Shown: positions 39,163-48,578 of the stretch, in pieces
How positions within the stretch are numbered: the stretch's first letter is position 1
How the letters are laid out: each line of letters starts with the position of its first letter
Source: an uncultured bacterium
Lineage (GTDB): Bacteria; Actinomycetota; Acidimicrobiia; Spongiisociales; UBA4744
Assembly (NCBI GenBank): GCA_963827865.1
Contig: CAWHCO010000001.1
Span: 111,304-175,303, forward strand
Direction of reading: 5' to 3'
DNA: 64,000 bases
Made by a program: the position numbers and the translations under genes
The notes under the pieces: model-generated
Databases searched by the model: none
The model's input: only the letters and a program-made list of their open reading frames with translations
Told to the model about the DNA's origin: nothing

Positions 39163-39168
39163 ATGCGC

Positions 39169-39399
39169 ATGGCGAGAGTCAACGTGTACCTACCCGACGA
39201 GTTGGCCGAGAAAGCAAAGGTGGCCGGGCTGAACGTGTCGAGCCTCACCCAGGAGGCCCTTCGCAGTGCCCTCTCCGCCGGTCGCACCGACGACTGGCTC
39301 GACGACATCTCCCGACTTCGAGCCACCGGCGTTACCCACGACGACGTGATCGAAGTCGTCAACGACGCGAGGGACGAGTTTGACAGCGACCATGCCTGA
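39169..39399 (+). CDS. vapB: CcdA-like RHH antitoxin (VapB)
   Basis: MARVNVYLPDEL...GLNVSSLTQEAL; overlaps PIN toxin. Confidence 0.8.
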   Translation: MARVNVYLPDELAEKAKVAGLNVSSLTQEALRSALSAGRTDDWLDDISRLRATGVTHDDVIEVVNDARDEFDSDHA

Positions 39400-39787
39400 A
39401 CGGGCGATCGTCGACGCCTCAGCGATGGTCGATCTGCTCGTCGGATCACCGCTGGCGAACGAGGTCGCCGATCGTCTTCGAGCGAACGAACTCCACGCCC
39501 CCGCCCACTTCGACGCAGAGGTACTCTCAGCGCTCGGTCGGCTGCATCGGGCCGGCCAACTCACCGCCCGGCAGACTGAAGCGAGGGTCGAACGCCTCGC
39601 CACCTCCCCCATAGAGCGGCACGCCCTTTCGACTCTTCTGGCCGGCGCGTGGAAACGCAGACACAACCTGCGACTCGTCGACGCACTCTACGTCGAGCTG
39701 GCCGCCCAACTCGACATGCTCATCGTCACAACTGACAGCGGAATGGCGGCCGCCACCACAGCAGCCGAGCTGCTCACACGTCCCTAG
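39392..39787 (+). CDS. vapC: PIN-domain toxin (VapC)
   Basis: IVDAS, EVLSAL, LVDALYVELA, TTD acidic PIN residues. Confidence 0.92.
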   Translation: MPERAIVDASAMVDLLVGSPLANEVADRLRANELHAPAHFDAEVLSALGRLHRAGQLTARQTEARVERLATSPIERHALSTLLAGAWKRRHNLRLVDALYVELAAQLDMLIVTTDSGMAAATTAAELLTRP

Positions 39788-39919
39788 AGCTCGCAGCGAA
39801 AGGCCCCTCCACACACTGACCCGACACATGCTGCGGCCATCGAGACAGAAAGGGAATCGAGATCGGTTCTCGCTCGACGGACGAGTCCTCTCCTGCGCTC
39901 AGCTCGTGCAGTCTCGCGG

Positions 39920-40004
39920 TGTCGGAGGGGGGACTTGAACCCCCACGTCCTATTCGGGCACTAGGCCCTCAACCTAGCGCGTCTGCCTATTCCGCCACTC
40001 CGAC
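39920..40004 (-). tRNA. tRNA-Leu: tRNA-Leu, anticodon GAG (CCA not encoded)
   Basis: Acceptor stem GTCGGAG/CTCCGAC, D arm GGCGGAATAGGCAGAC, anticodon arm CTAGG-TTGAGGG-CCTAG, long variable arm, GGTTCAAGTCC T arm. Confidence 0.97.
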
Positions 40005-40029
40005 GTGGGTGGGTGAGTATACCGTCCGG

Positions 40030-40272
40030 CTACCCACCGAAGATGATCGTCAACGCGACGGTCGTCACGGTGAAGATGATGCCGGAAGCCACGGTCATAC
40101 GGTCGAGGTTGCGTTCCACGATCGTCGATCCCGACATCGCCGACGGTCCCATTCCCCCACCGAACATGTCCGACAAACCGCCGCCTCGCCCGGCGTGCAG
40201 CAGGATGAAGACCACGAGCGCGAGCGACACGATCACGTGGATAACGACGATGATGACTGTCAGGACGTGCAT
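40030..40272 (-). CDS. secG: Preprotein translocase subunit SecG
   Basis: ILLHAGRGGGLSDMFGGG...ERNLDRMT; conserved position just upstream of tRNA-Leu. Confidence 0.93.
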   Translation of the reverse strand: MHVLTVIIVVIHVIVSLALVVFILLHAGRGGGLSDMFGGGMGPSAMSGSTIVERNLDRMTVASGIIFTVTTVALTIIFGG

Positions 40273-40422
40273 TGATTCTCCAGATCGGGCGGTAGGATCA
40301 CGCCGCGGCACCCAAGTATGCCGGGATTCCCGCTCCTAGGTCAAGTTCTTGACGGGAGAAAGGTGATGCCTGAACCCGGACAGCCGGAGTGTTCGCCTTC
40401 GGTTTGACGCCGATTCGTCCGT

Positions 40423-41355
40423 CTATCGATTCCCGTCGGCTTCTGGATCGGCAAACGATTCGGGCAGCACCTCCTCTGCCCGCGCTTCCCACACTTCGAG
40501 GGCTTGGGCATCCCATCCGAGGTACGCCACCTGCAGCCTGTACGCCATGTAGAAAGCAGTCACTGCGCTAGCAACTAGGCGTCGGACATAGTCAGCGTTG
40601 ACACCGAGACCCCTGCCTGCGCCATCCTCGCTCGGGACAAAGCGCCTCTCCAGCTCCACTGCGTTCGGGTGTACGTACGCGCTCAGGAATGCGTACATGC
40701 CAGCAGCCATGTCCTCATGCATATCTGAGCGGTTCGCGATGAGGACTGCCGTTTCTTCGGGAGAGAGATACGGCTCCTTCGCGAGAGTCCACTCGCCGGA
40801 CTTCACGTCGTGGGCGAGGGAGATCTCACTGGGCGCGAAGAGGTCGGGAATGTCCTTTCTCAGGATGGTCCGCTTGGCATTCCCAATCTGCCTGCCAACG
40901 TCAGGCGCAAGTGGACTGTAGGCAGACAGGACTTCCCGAAGGCTGTGATAGGTGTCCAGGTAAACACGAGCGATTCGAGCCTTGGGACTGATTCGATTGT
41001 CCAGGATCCACGCCACTCTCATGGCCGTTTCGATAGCGGCTCGAACCACGACCTCACCGGACAAAAAGAAGCCTCCGGCCTCGAACATGAGCCCAAGATT
41101 CCGAAGGTGTTGGCAGACAGCTTCGAGGTAGAGGCCGCACGTCTCGGCTGTGTGTCTGAATGGCTTCTCCCCCCACGGCCCGGCAGGCCCCACGATTCCT
41201 GCAGCGATCTCGGATTGGCATCGAGAACCTGCCTCGCCCGTCCAGGCGACGTCGGGAGTGCTTGTGTGGCAATGGTGTGTTTTGCGAGTGTCAATGAGGA
41301 ACTTGGGTAAGGCTCCTAGCTGTTCCCGGAGTTCGTCCGCCGTAAGCAATATCAA
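40423..41355 (-). CDS. Hypothetical all-helical protein (DUF5677-like)
   Basis: RAAIETAMRVAW and YAFLSAYVHPN patterns; TTG start with SD GGAGGA. Confidence 0.5.
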   Translation of the reverse strand: MILLTADELREQLGALPKFLIDTRKTHHCHTSTPDVAWTGEAGSRCQSEIAAGIVGPAGPWGEKPFRHTAETCGLYLEAVCQHLRNLGLMFEAGGFFLSGEVVVRAAIETAMRVAWILDNRISPKARIARVYLDTYHSLREVLSAYSPLAPDVGRQIGNAKRTILRKDIPDLFAPSEISLAHDVKSGEWTLAKEPYLSPEETAVLIANRSDMHEDMAAGMYAFLSAYVHPNAVELERRFVPSEDGAGRGLGVNADYVRRLVASAVTAFYMAYRLQVAYLGWDAQALEVWEARAEEVLPESFADPEADGNR

Positions 41356-41406
41356 TCCTCCCGACGTCTATGACGTTGAGCCCCCGTGTGCTGAGTGCTT
41401 CCGACC

Positions 41407-42030
41407 CTAAGATCCGACACCCTCTGTGACGACCACGCCGTATCGGGTTGAGTCCAGTTCCTCTTCTACTAGCCGTCTCGTCTTGGCACGCCAGTGAGAT
41501 GATGATGGGTCTGTTCCGGCGGCTTTGGCTTCGCGGTGTCGGCGGTAGGTGTCGAAGTAGTCGCGGTATGACTTGACGGCGAGTTCTGTGTCTGTGTGTT
41601 GTTCGGGGTTGCGGGTTCGGACGCGGTAGGCGGTGGTGTCGGGTTGGTGTCGATTGAACCACCACGGCTGACTCATGGCGACTGTCGGGTTGGGTTCGTA
41701 GGGGGCGACGAGGCTGCGGGGGCTTCCGAGGCCGATCTCGCTTGCGGTGGGGTGGGCGATGGTGAGGAACCCGAAGGGCCGCACCTGCTGGGGGTAGGAC
41801 TTGTTCCGGTTGTAGGCGTCGAAGCTGGCGAGTTCGTGAAAGCTACCGATGGTGAGTTGTCCGATTGCGGGCTGGTCGAACCATTCGGGTTCGGGATGGT
41901 CGAGGCCGAGTTCGACGTGGAGGAGGTGTCCCACAACTGGTCGATCCAGTTTCGTCCGTTGTGTTTGCCGGTTGGGCGTAGGAGGTGGCCGAGGCCGTGT
42001 TCGGACCGAGGGTGCAGGCGATCCGGTTTC
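41407..42030 (-). pseudogene. Fragment of a divergent family-B DNA polymerase-like gene of mobile origin
   Basis: SEHGLGHLLRP...NWIDQLW-[frameshift ~41935]-ELGLDHPEPEWFDQPAIGQLTI...YNRNKSYPQQVRPFGF...VKSYRDYFDTYRRHREAK; family assignment from recall, unverified. Confidence 0.45.
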
Positions 42031-42206
42031 GATCTCTGTCAGGACCTGTGTGCTGTTGGGCTGTGGGGGCCGAAACGGGGCTATGGCTTGACTCGCAGAC
42101 TTCCGTCCAGTGCTCCACGCCGACGAGTGGAGCGGTCCAAATGGAGTTGCTTCGTGTGGGCGGATTGTCTTTGGTCGACTGGGTATTGTGCCGATGACAT
42201 TGGGTG

Positions 42207-44337
42207 ATGGATCAGATCTCCCAACACCATCGGCGACCCCCGTCGAGTGCGGTCAAGGACATAGTCCTGTACCTGGTCTTCGTGGTGGGCGGGGCGTGGT
42301 TGTCTGTTCGTTTTGACCTGTTTGAGGGGTTCACTCATTGGAGTCTTGACCGCGCAACACATGTGCTGGCGATCATCCCAATGTTCATGGTGGCGGGTCT
42401 GGCGGTGTTTGGGTGGCGGCGATGGCGTGAGTCTGTCCGGGAGATCGCCCGCCACGTAGCGACCCTGGAAGAGCTTCGGGTGAGCAACAGCAGAGTTCAG
42501 GCGTTGCAGGCAGCGTCACCGGATCTGATGTTCCGACTAGACCGGGATGGCACCTTCCTCGCCGTCAAAGAATCTGCGGCCCTGCCGATGCCGACCGAGA
42601 CAATTGTCGGAAAGAACCTAGACGAGGTGCTACCACCCGACGTTGCCGAGAAGACGTCGGATGCCGTGAGACAGATCCACGCCGGTAGCAGCAAGGTGAT
42701 ATTCAGCTATGAGTTCCCGGGTCGGGATGGTCCCGAGTCTTGGGAGGCCCGTTGCATCCCGGTGGCCGGCTCCGAAGACGTGCTCGTCATCGCCCACGAT
42801 GTCACCGACTCCAAGACTCAGACGGAAGCCCTGCGGGACCTGCAGGAACGGTTCCGCGCCGCCTTCGAGGATGCTTCGATCGGCATGGCTCTGACATCGG
42901 AAGAGGGCCGGTTCATGTTGACGAACCGGGCGTTGTGCGAGATGTTGGGCTACTCCAAAGAGGAGCTGGCCAGCATGAACTTTGCGGATGTCACGCACCC
43001 TGACGACCGAACCGACAGCGAGGCGAAGAGGCAAGAACTCGCCGTCGGAATGGACCCAACGGTGCATTGGGAGAAGCGATATCTCCACGCCGACGGCCAT
43101 ACCGTGTGGGTCCAGATAAATGTCGCGCCGGTACGAGACTCGGAAGGGAAAATCAGCTATCACCTGTCTCAGGTACAGGACATCACGGATCGTCGGGAAG
43201 CTCAGGCGTCGTTGGCGGCAAGCGAGCAGAGATGGAAGCTGACCTTCGAGGCGGCCCCCACCGGAGTGGGTCTAGTCAATGTCGAGAGATGGCCGGTTCC
43301 TCACGGCCAACCAGGCTGGTTGTGACATGTTGGGGTACAGCGAACAAGAACTGTTGACTATGACTCTAAGGGACCTGACCTTTCCCGATGATCGAGAAGC
43401 GAGCATCGCCCGACTCCGGCAGGTGATCACCGGCGAGATCCCGTCTTCTCACGCCAAGTTGCGCATCCTTCGCAAGGACGGCTCAATAGGGGACGCGCTG
43501 GTGTCCGCCGCTCTGCTGGGACGTCCAGAAGACCGCGCCCTCAACCTGGTCGTCCACTTCGTCGACATCACCGATCAAGTAGCAGCGGAGCAGCGTCTCG
43601 CCGACCTGCTCGCCACCAAAGACGAACTGATCGCCTCGGTCTCCCATGAACTGCGTACCCCTCTTACCGCTGTCGTCGGCTACGCCCAACTACTCAACGA
43701 CGAAGTGTCGGGTCTCTCGCCGGCCGAACGAAGAGAGATGACTGCACTCATCGTCAGCCAAGCGATGGACCTCACCAACATCATCGAAGACCTCCTGGTG
43801 GGAGCCAGAGCCGACGCCGGCACCCTCACCATCGCCCAGGTGCCAGTCGACATCCGCGCCCAAACCGCCCAGGTGCTCGAAACCCTCCACACGGCCGCTC
43901 GGATCAGACTTGCCGGCCCATCGGCACAAGCACTCGCAGATCCGGCCAGAGTCCGCCAGATCATTCGCAACCTCATCACGAATGCACTCCGCTACGGAGG
44001 AGACCTCATCCAGGCCAGCGTGGAAGACACGGCATCGTCGGTTCGGCTCATCGTGTCCGACAACGGCCCGGGCATCCCTCTAGAAGAACAGGACCTCATC
44101 TTCGAGCCATACCACCGCGCCCACAACAGCAAGGGACTCACCGCCTCGGTCGGACTCGGCCTCACCGTATCCCGTAAACTCGCCAAACTCATGGACGGCG
44201 ACCTCACCTACCGGAACGAGAACGGACAAAGCATCTTTCAACTTGACCTACCTAAAGCCGGCCCACAAGCAAGTCTGACCGACCTGTCCCTCTCTCACCA
44301 TCCCGAACTCAATCCCCCCGTGCTCCTCCACACCTAG
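42207..44337 (+). CDS. Membrane sensor histidine kinase with three PAS domains, frameshift near 43288
   Basis: Two TMs, 3 PAS/PAC, VSHELRTPL, NLITNALRY, DNGPG, GLGL across ORFs 42204..43325 and 43279..44337. Confidence 0.85.
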
Positions 44338-44565
44338 CCGAAACCGTACAGAATCCGAACCTTCCAGACGCGACCGCCGGCCGGGCCCGTAGCGCGGTCA
44401 GAACGTCACGGTCTCCCAACCCTCGACTCGCCACCCACGGTGATCATCACGCGCCGGCGTTCCTCCGACACCGACAGAACACCCATCTGAAGCTCTGACC
44501 ATTCGGCGCGAGAGATGTCAGCGAGTTCGCGATGCGTGGAGCCGGCGCCGTCGAAGGCAATCGGG

Positions 44566-44795
44566 GGGCGCTGGGCGCCCGCCCAGCCCGCCCGGCCGGC
44601 GAGGTAGGCGTCTCGCCGAGGGGAACGAACCCCCGGGGTGTGGCTAGGTTTCGGCCAGGCCGTGCCCTCCCCCACCCAGCCCGTCGAGTTCTCGACCCCG
44701 CTCGGAGCAGAGCGGCGGCAGTGACCAGTACCCCAACACCCAGCAGGGTGAGCCCGGCATGCGACAGCCGGGAAAGGTTCGTAGGGCCAACCAGT
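44566..44795. other. Hairpin-dense non-coding segment (candidate structured RNA or IS end)
   Basis: Seven consecutive stems in ~210 nt, e.g. GGCGAG/CTCGCC, GTCGA-GTTC-TCGAC, CCGCTC/GAGCGG, CCCGGC/GCCGGG. Confidence 0.45.
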
Positions 44796-44801
44796 CGGTG
44801 C

Positions 44802-45260
44802 CTATGCCTCCAGGATCTCCTTCAACTTCTCCAAGTCGGAGGCAGCCTGACGTCGCAAGGTTCGTTTCATGAAGAGCATCAGAACCCTCATCAGAAGACT
44901 CGGCTTCACACGCGTATCGATCGTCACACGGTTGCCGGCACCCTCGGCGTCGATGCCATACGATCCATGGCTACCCCTGAACCTGCCGCCGGTGACGTCT
45001 CAACCCATGATGCGCTGCTCATTCCACTCCGATACCGTCCATGGCCAGTCCCCCACGCCCTGCACCAGGTGCAAGCCGGTCGATCCCACACCGTACGGCG
45101 GATCTGAGATCCAGCGCGCACTGGTTACACCGGTGCGCCAACGTGTGTCGTTGGAGACGTCATATAGGAACGTCCAGACATCTTCAGGAGGCCGCGCGAT
45201 CGCTATCGAACTCTGAAAGCTGTTCCATGCCTCGCCGCTCGTCACTTCATCTCCTTCCAT
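44802..45260 (-). pseudogene. SRPBCC/START-fold protein interrupted by in-frame TGA (45002-45000)
   Basis: IAIARPPEDVWTFLYD...RIMG*DVTGG...DLEKLKEILEA; TGA at a position where Trp is plausible. Confidence 0.75.
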
Positions 45261-45436
45261 GAGCACGCTTCATGTCTCGGAGGCAATGACCCTTGGCGAG
45301 TGCATCGCATGAAAGTCGGATGCCATCCCCTGGACGACCCATAGGCCACGGCTCACCAGGCCGACCGGACCATACCAGCGGCACTGCGGTGGCCCAGCTT
45401 TGTGCACAATTCGCAGGAACGGTTTGAATCCTGAGG

Positions 45437-45763
45437 ATGGCTCATGTGATCGTTCAGAACGACCCGGACAACAGCAGGTACACGGCTCACGTCGATGGTG
45501 AGCTTGCAGGTTTCACGGAGTACGAGATGTGGGAGGGAAGACACGTCTTCATCCACACCGAAGTCGACCCGGCCCACGCAGGCAAGGGAGTCGGCCACAC
45601 CCTCGTCGAGGAAGCACTCGACGATGTTCGCGCCCAAGGGGGAACCATCGTTCCACTGTGCCCTTTCGTGGCTGCCTTCGTCCGAAACAACCCCGAGTAT
45701 CGGGATCTCGTCGACCGTGAACTGTGGAAGCAGATCAGGAAAAGGCGGTCCCCCGACGAGTAG
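45437..45763 (+). CDS. Small GNAT family acetyltransferase (YjdJ-like)
   Basis: FIHTEVDPAHAGKGVG, VPLCPFV. Confidence 0.9.
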   Translation: MAHVIVQNDPDNSRYTAHVDGELAGFTEYEMWEGRHVFIHTEVDPAHAGKGVGHTLVEEALDDVRAQGGTIVPLCPFVAAFVRNNPEYRDLVDRELWKQIRKRRSPDE

Positions 45764-45869
45764 AGGCCTCGGCCGGCTGTAGCCACGTCGAACCGCAAGC
45801 CCACAACCCGCGACCGGGAAGCGCCGCGTGTTGCCTGCCCTCGCGAGAAGGCCGAGGGAGGACCAACTC

Positions 45870-46613
45870 CTACCCTGCCTGTTTGGCGACGGCCTCTGCG
45901 GCCTTCTTGGCGGCTTCGGGATCGCCCAGGTAGAAGCTCTCTTCCTTCTCGAGGTCCTCGCCCAAGTGATACACAAGCGGGATCCCCGTCGGGATGTTCA
46001 ACCCAGGAATGTCCTCGTCGGAGATGTGATCCAGTCGCTTCACCAACGCCCTCAAGCTGTTGCCGTGCGCAACCACCAGCACCAGCTTGCCGTCGCGGAC
46101 ATCGGGAACGATCTCGTCGTACCAGTAGGGCATCATCCGTTCAACCACGTCCTTCAGGCACTCGGTGGCGGGCAGCACATCCGGCGCCAGCGACGCGTAG
46201 CGACGGTCGTGGACCGGATGTCGCTCGTCGTCCAGCTCGAGCGCCGGCGGCGGTACGTCGTAGGATCGCCGCCACTCGAACACCTGCTCCTTGCCGTGCC
46301 GTTCGGCCGTCTCTTTCTTGTTGAGCCCCTGCAACGCCCCGTAGTGGCGTTCGTTCAGCCTCCAATGGCGCTTCACCGGCAGCCACGACAATCCCATCTC
46401 GTGGAGCGCGAGATTGGCGGTCTGGATGGCTCGCAGCAGCACTGACGTGTGGACGATATCGAATTCGTATCCCTCCGCCTTCAGCAGCCTCCCCGTGCTG
46501 ATCGCCTCGGCGGTGCCCTTGTCCGACAGTGGCACGTCGGTCCAGCCGGTGAACCGGTTCTCCATGTTCCATGTGCTCTCCCCATGCCGGAGCAGCACCA
46601 GCGTGTAGCTCAT
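45870..46613 (-). CDS. gpmA: 2,3-bisphosphoglycerate-dependent phosphoglycerate mutase
   Basis: [28 protein letters not shown]. Confidence 0.97.
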   Translation of the reverse strand: MSYTLVLLRHGESTWNMENRFTGWTDVPLSDKGTAEAISTGRLLKAEGYEFDIVHTSVLLRAIQTANLALHEMGLSWLPVKRHWRLNERHYGALQGLNKKETAERHGKEQVFEWRRSYDVPPPALELDDERHPVHDRRYASLAPDVLPATECLKDVVERMMPYWYDEIVPDVRDGKLVLVVAHGNSLRALVKRLDHISDEDIPGLNIPTGIPLVYHLGEDLEKEESFYLGDPEAAKKAAEAVAKQAG

Positions 46614-46622
46614 CAGTACCTC

Positions 46623-47390
46623 TCAGATGTAGTAGCGCACAATGGATGCGAACGTGTCGGGATCGAGCGAAGCCCCACCGACCAGTCCCCCGTCGATGTC
46701 TCTCTTGGCCATCAGCGCGGCGATGTTGCCGGGGTTCACCGAGCCCCCATACAGGACTCTCGTTTCGTCGGCGGCGGCACCCCAGCGTTCCCGCAGGATG
46801 CCGCGGATGAACCCGATCATCTCCTGAGCGTCCTCCGGTGACGCGGTGCGACCGGTGCCGATCGCCCAGATCGGCTCGTACGCAACCACCAGACCGGCAA
46901 CCTGCTCGGCCGACAAGCGGGCCAGGCCGGCCGGGAGCTGTCCCCCGACCTTCTCGGACGCGATACCCGCCTCCCGCTCATCGAGTGTCTCCCCCACGCA
47001 CATGATCGGTGTCATGCCGTGTGCGAGAACCGCCTTCACCTTCTTGTTGACCGTCTCGTCAGTCTCGCCGAAGTACTGGCGACGCTCCGAATGGCCGACG
47101 ATCACGAACTTGACGAACAGCTTCTCGAGCATGACGGGCGCCACCTCGCCGGTGAAGGCACCCTTCTCTTCCCAGTAGACGTTCTGGGCCGCGAGCAGGA
47201 TCCTCATGTGGTCGGACTCGATGACCGTCTGCACCGACCGCAACGCCGTGAAGGGCGGGGCGATTCCGACGTCGACCCTGTCGAAGTCCTTCGGATCGAG
47301 CCGGTAGTGCAGTTTCTGTGTCATCTGGATGGCTTCCAGGTGTGTTGCGTTCATCTTCCAGTTGCCGACTATCAGGTTCTTTCGAGCCAT
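46623..47390 (-). CDS. tpiA: Triosephosphate isomerase
   Basis: GNWKMN, GHSERR, AYEPIWAIGTG, YGGSV, GGASL; start ATG 47390 overlaps the pgk stop. Confidence 0.97.
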   Translation of the reverse strand: MARKNLIVGNWKMNATHLEAIQMTQKLHYRLDPKDFDRVDVGIAPPFTALRSVQTVIESDHMRILLAAQNVYWEEKGAFTGEVAPVMLEKLFVKFVIVGHSERRQYFGETDETVNKKVKAVLAHGMTPIMCVGETLDEREAGIASEKVGGQLPAGLARLSAEQVAGLVVAYEPIWAIGTGRTASPEDAQEMIGFIRGILRERWGAAADETRVLYGGSVNPGNIAALMAKRDIDGGLVGGASLDPDTFASIVRYYI

Positions 47391-48568
47391 CACACCCACC
47401 TCTCGAGTACGGCGACGCCGGGCAGCGTCTTTCCTTCCAGCATCTCGAGCCCCGCACCGCCACCCGTGGACAGGTGCGACACCGTGTCTTCGAGTCCGAG
47501 CAGGCGCATCGCTGCGACGGAGTCGCCGCCACCCACAACGCTGAACCCTTTGAAGTCCCCGAGCGAACGCGCCACGTGCTCGGTGCCGGCGCGGAACCGT
47601 TCCCACTCGAACACACCCATCGGACCGTTCCAGAACACGCTCCCAGACCCGTGCATCACCGACGCGAACCGTTCAGCAGTGAGAGGTCCGATGTCGAGGC
47701 CCATCCAGTCGTCCGGAATGTCGTCGACGGGTACCGTCTTCGACTCGGCGTCGGCGGCGAACCGGTCGGCGACGACGATGTCCTCAGGGAGACTGACCTT
47801 GTCTCCGTGGACCGAGGACAGCATCTCTCCGATTTCATCCACCCTGTCCTCTTCGAACAACGACGAGCCGATTTCGAAGCCTTCCGACGCGAGCAGCGTG
47901 AAGCACATGCCACCACCGATGAGCATCATGTCGACCTTTGGCAGCAGGGAGCGAATGACCCCGAGTTTGTCGGACACTTTCGCACCACCGAGGACCACGG
48001 TGAACGGCCGTTCCGGGTCCTCGAGGAGCTTGGACAACGCCTCGACCTCAGCGACGAGCAGTGGTCCGGCGGCCGACTGGACCCGCTCTGCGACCCCAAC
48101 CGTCGACGCATGGGCACGGTGGGCACTGCCGAACGCGTCGAGCACGAACACGTCACAGAGTGCGGCGAGTCCGTCGGCGACCTCGGGGGCGTTCTTCGTC
48201 TCGCCGGCTTCGAACCGGGTGTTTTCCAGTAGAAGCACATCGCCCGGACCGGCCGACGCGACCGCCGCCTCGATCTCCGGTCCGATCACGGCGTCGAGCT
48301 TCCGGACGGGGAAGGCGCCCAGCTCCCTCATCCTTTCTGCGACAGGGTCCATCACCAGACTGGGATCAAGACCCTTCGGACGACCGAGGTGGCTGCACAC
48401 GATCACTGTCGCGCCTGCGTCACGCAACCGGGAGATCGTCGGCAGGCTCTTCTGGATGCGGAAGTCGTCGGTCACCGTGCCGTCGGCGAGGGGTACGTTC
48501 AGATCAGACCGGACGAGCACTCGTCGCCCCGCGACCGCTACATCATCAAGTGTCAGATATCTCGCCAC
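47390..48568 (-). CDS. pgk: Phosphoglycerate kinase
   Basis: RSDLNVP, SHLGRP, LENTRF, GGAKVSDK, WNGPMGVFE, STGGGA; GTG start 48568 with SD GAGGAGG. Confidence 0.97.
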   Translation of the reverse strand: MARYLTLDDVAVAGRRVLVRSDLNVPLADGTVTDDFRIQKSLPTISRLRDAGATVIVCSHLGRPKGLDPSLVMDPVAERMRELGAFPVRKLDAVIGPEIEAAVASAGPGDVLLLENTRFEAGETKNAPEVADGLAALCDVFVLDAFGSAHRAHASTVGVAERVQSAAGPLLVAEVEALSKLLEDPERPFTVVLGGAKVSDKLGVIRSLLPKVDMMLIGGGMCFTLLASEGFEIGSSLFEEDRVDEIGEMLSSVHGDKVSLPEDIVVADRFAADAESKTVPVDDIPDDWMGLDIGPLTAERFASVMHGSGSVFWNGPMGVFEWERFRAGTEHVARSLGDFKGFSVVGGGDSVAAMRLLGLEDTVSHLSTGGGAGLEMLEGKTLPGVAVLERWV

Positions 48569-48578
48569 CGAAACCTCC

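Noticed and set aside
44462-44473. 12-nt match CCTCCGACACCG to the tRNA-Leu 3' end
   Set aside because: Opposite orientation, on the wrong side of the tRNA, no extension into the T arm and no arm motif; not counted as an att scar, though worth noting beside the structured segment.
44748-44790. GTGAGCCCGGCATG resembling a group IIC intron 5' end
   Set aside because: No domain V/VI, no reverse transcriptase, and a gene end follows within 50 bp.
45000-45002. In-frame TGA in the SRPBCC gene as a second selenocysteine
   Set aside because: Context (RIMG*DV) fits Trp rather than a catalytic Cys and I see no SECIS-like hairpin after it; more likely a TGG-to-TGA mutation or base error.
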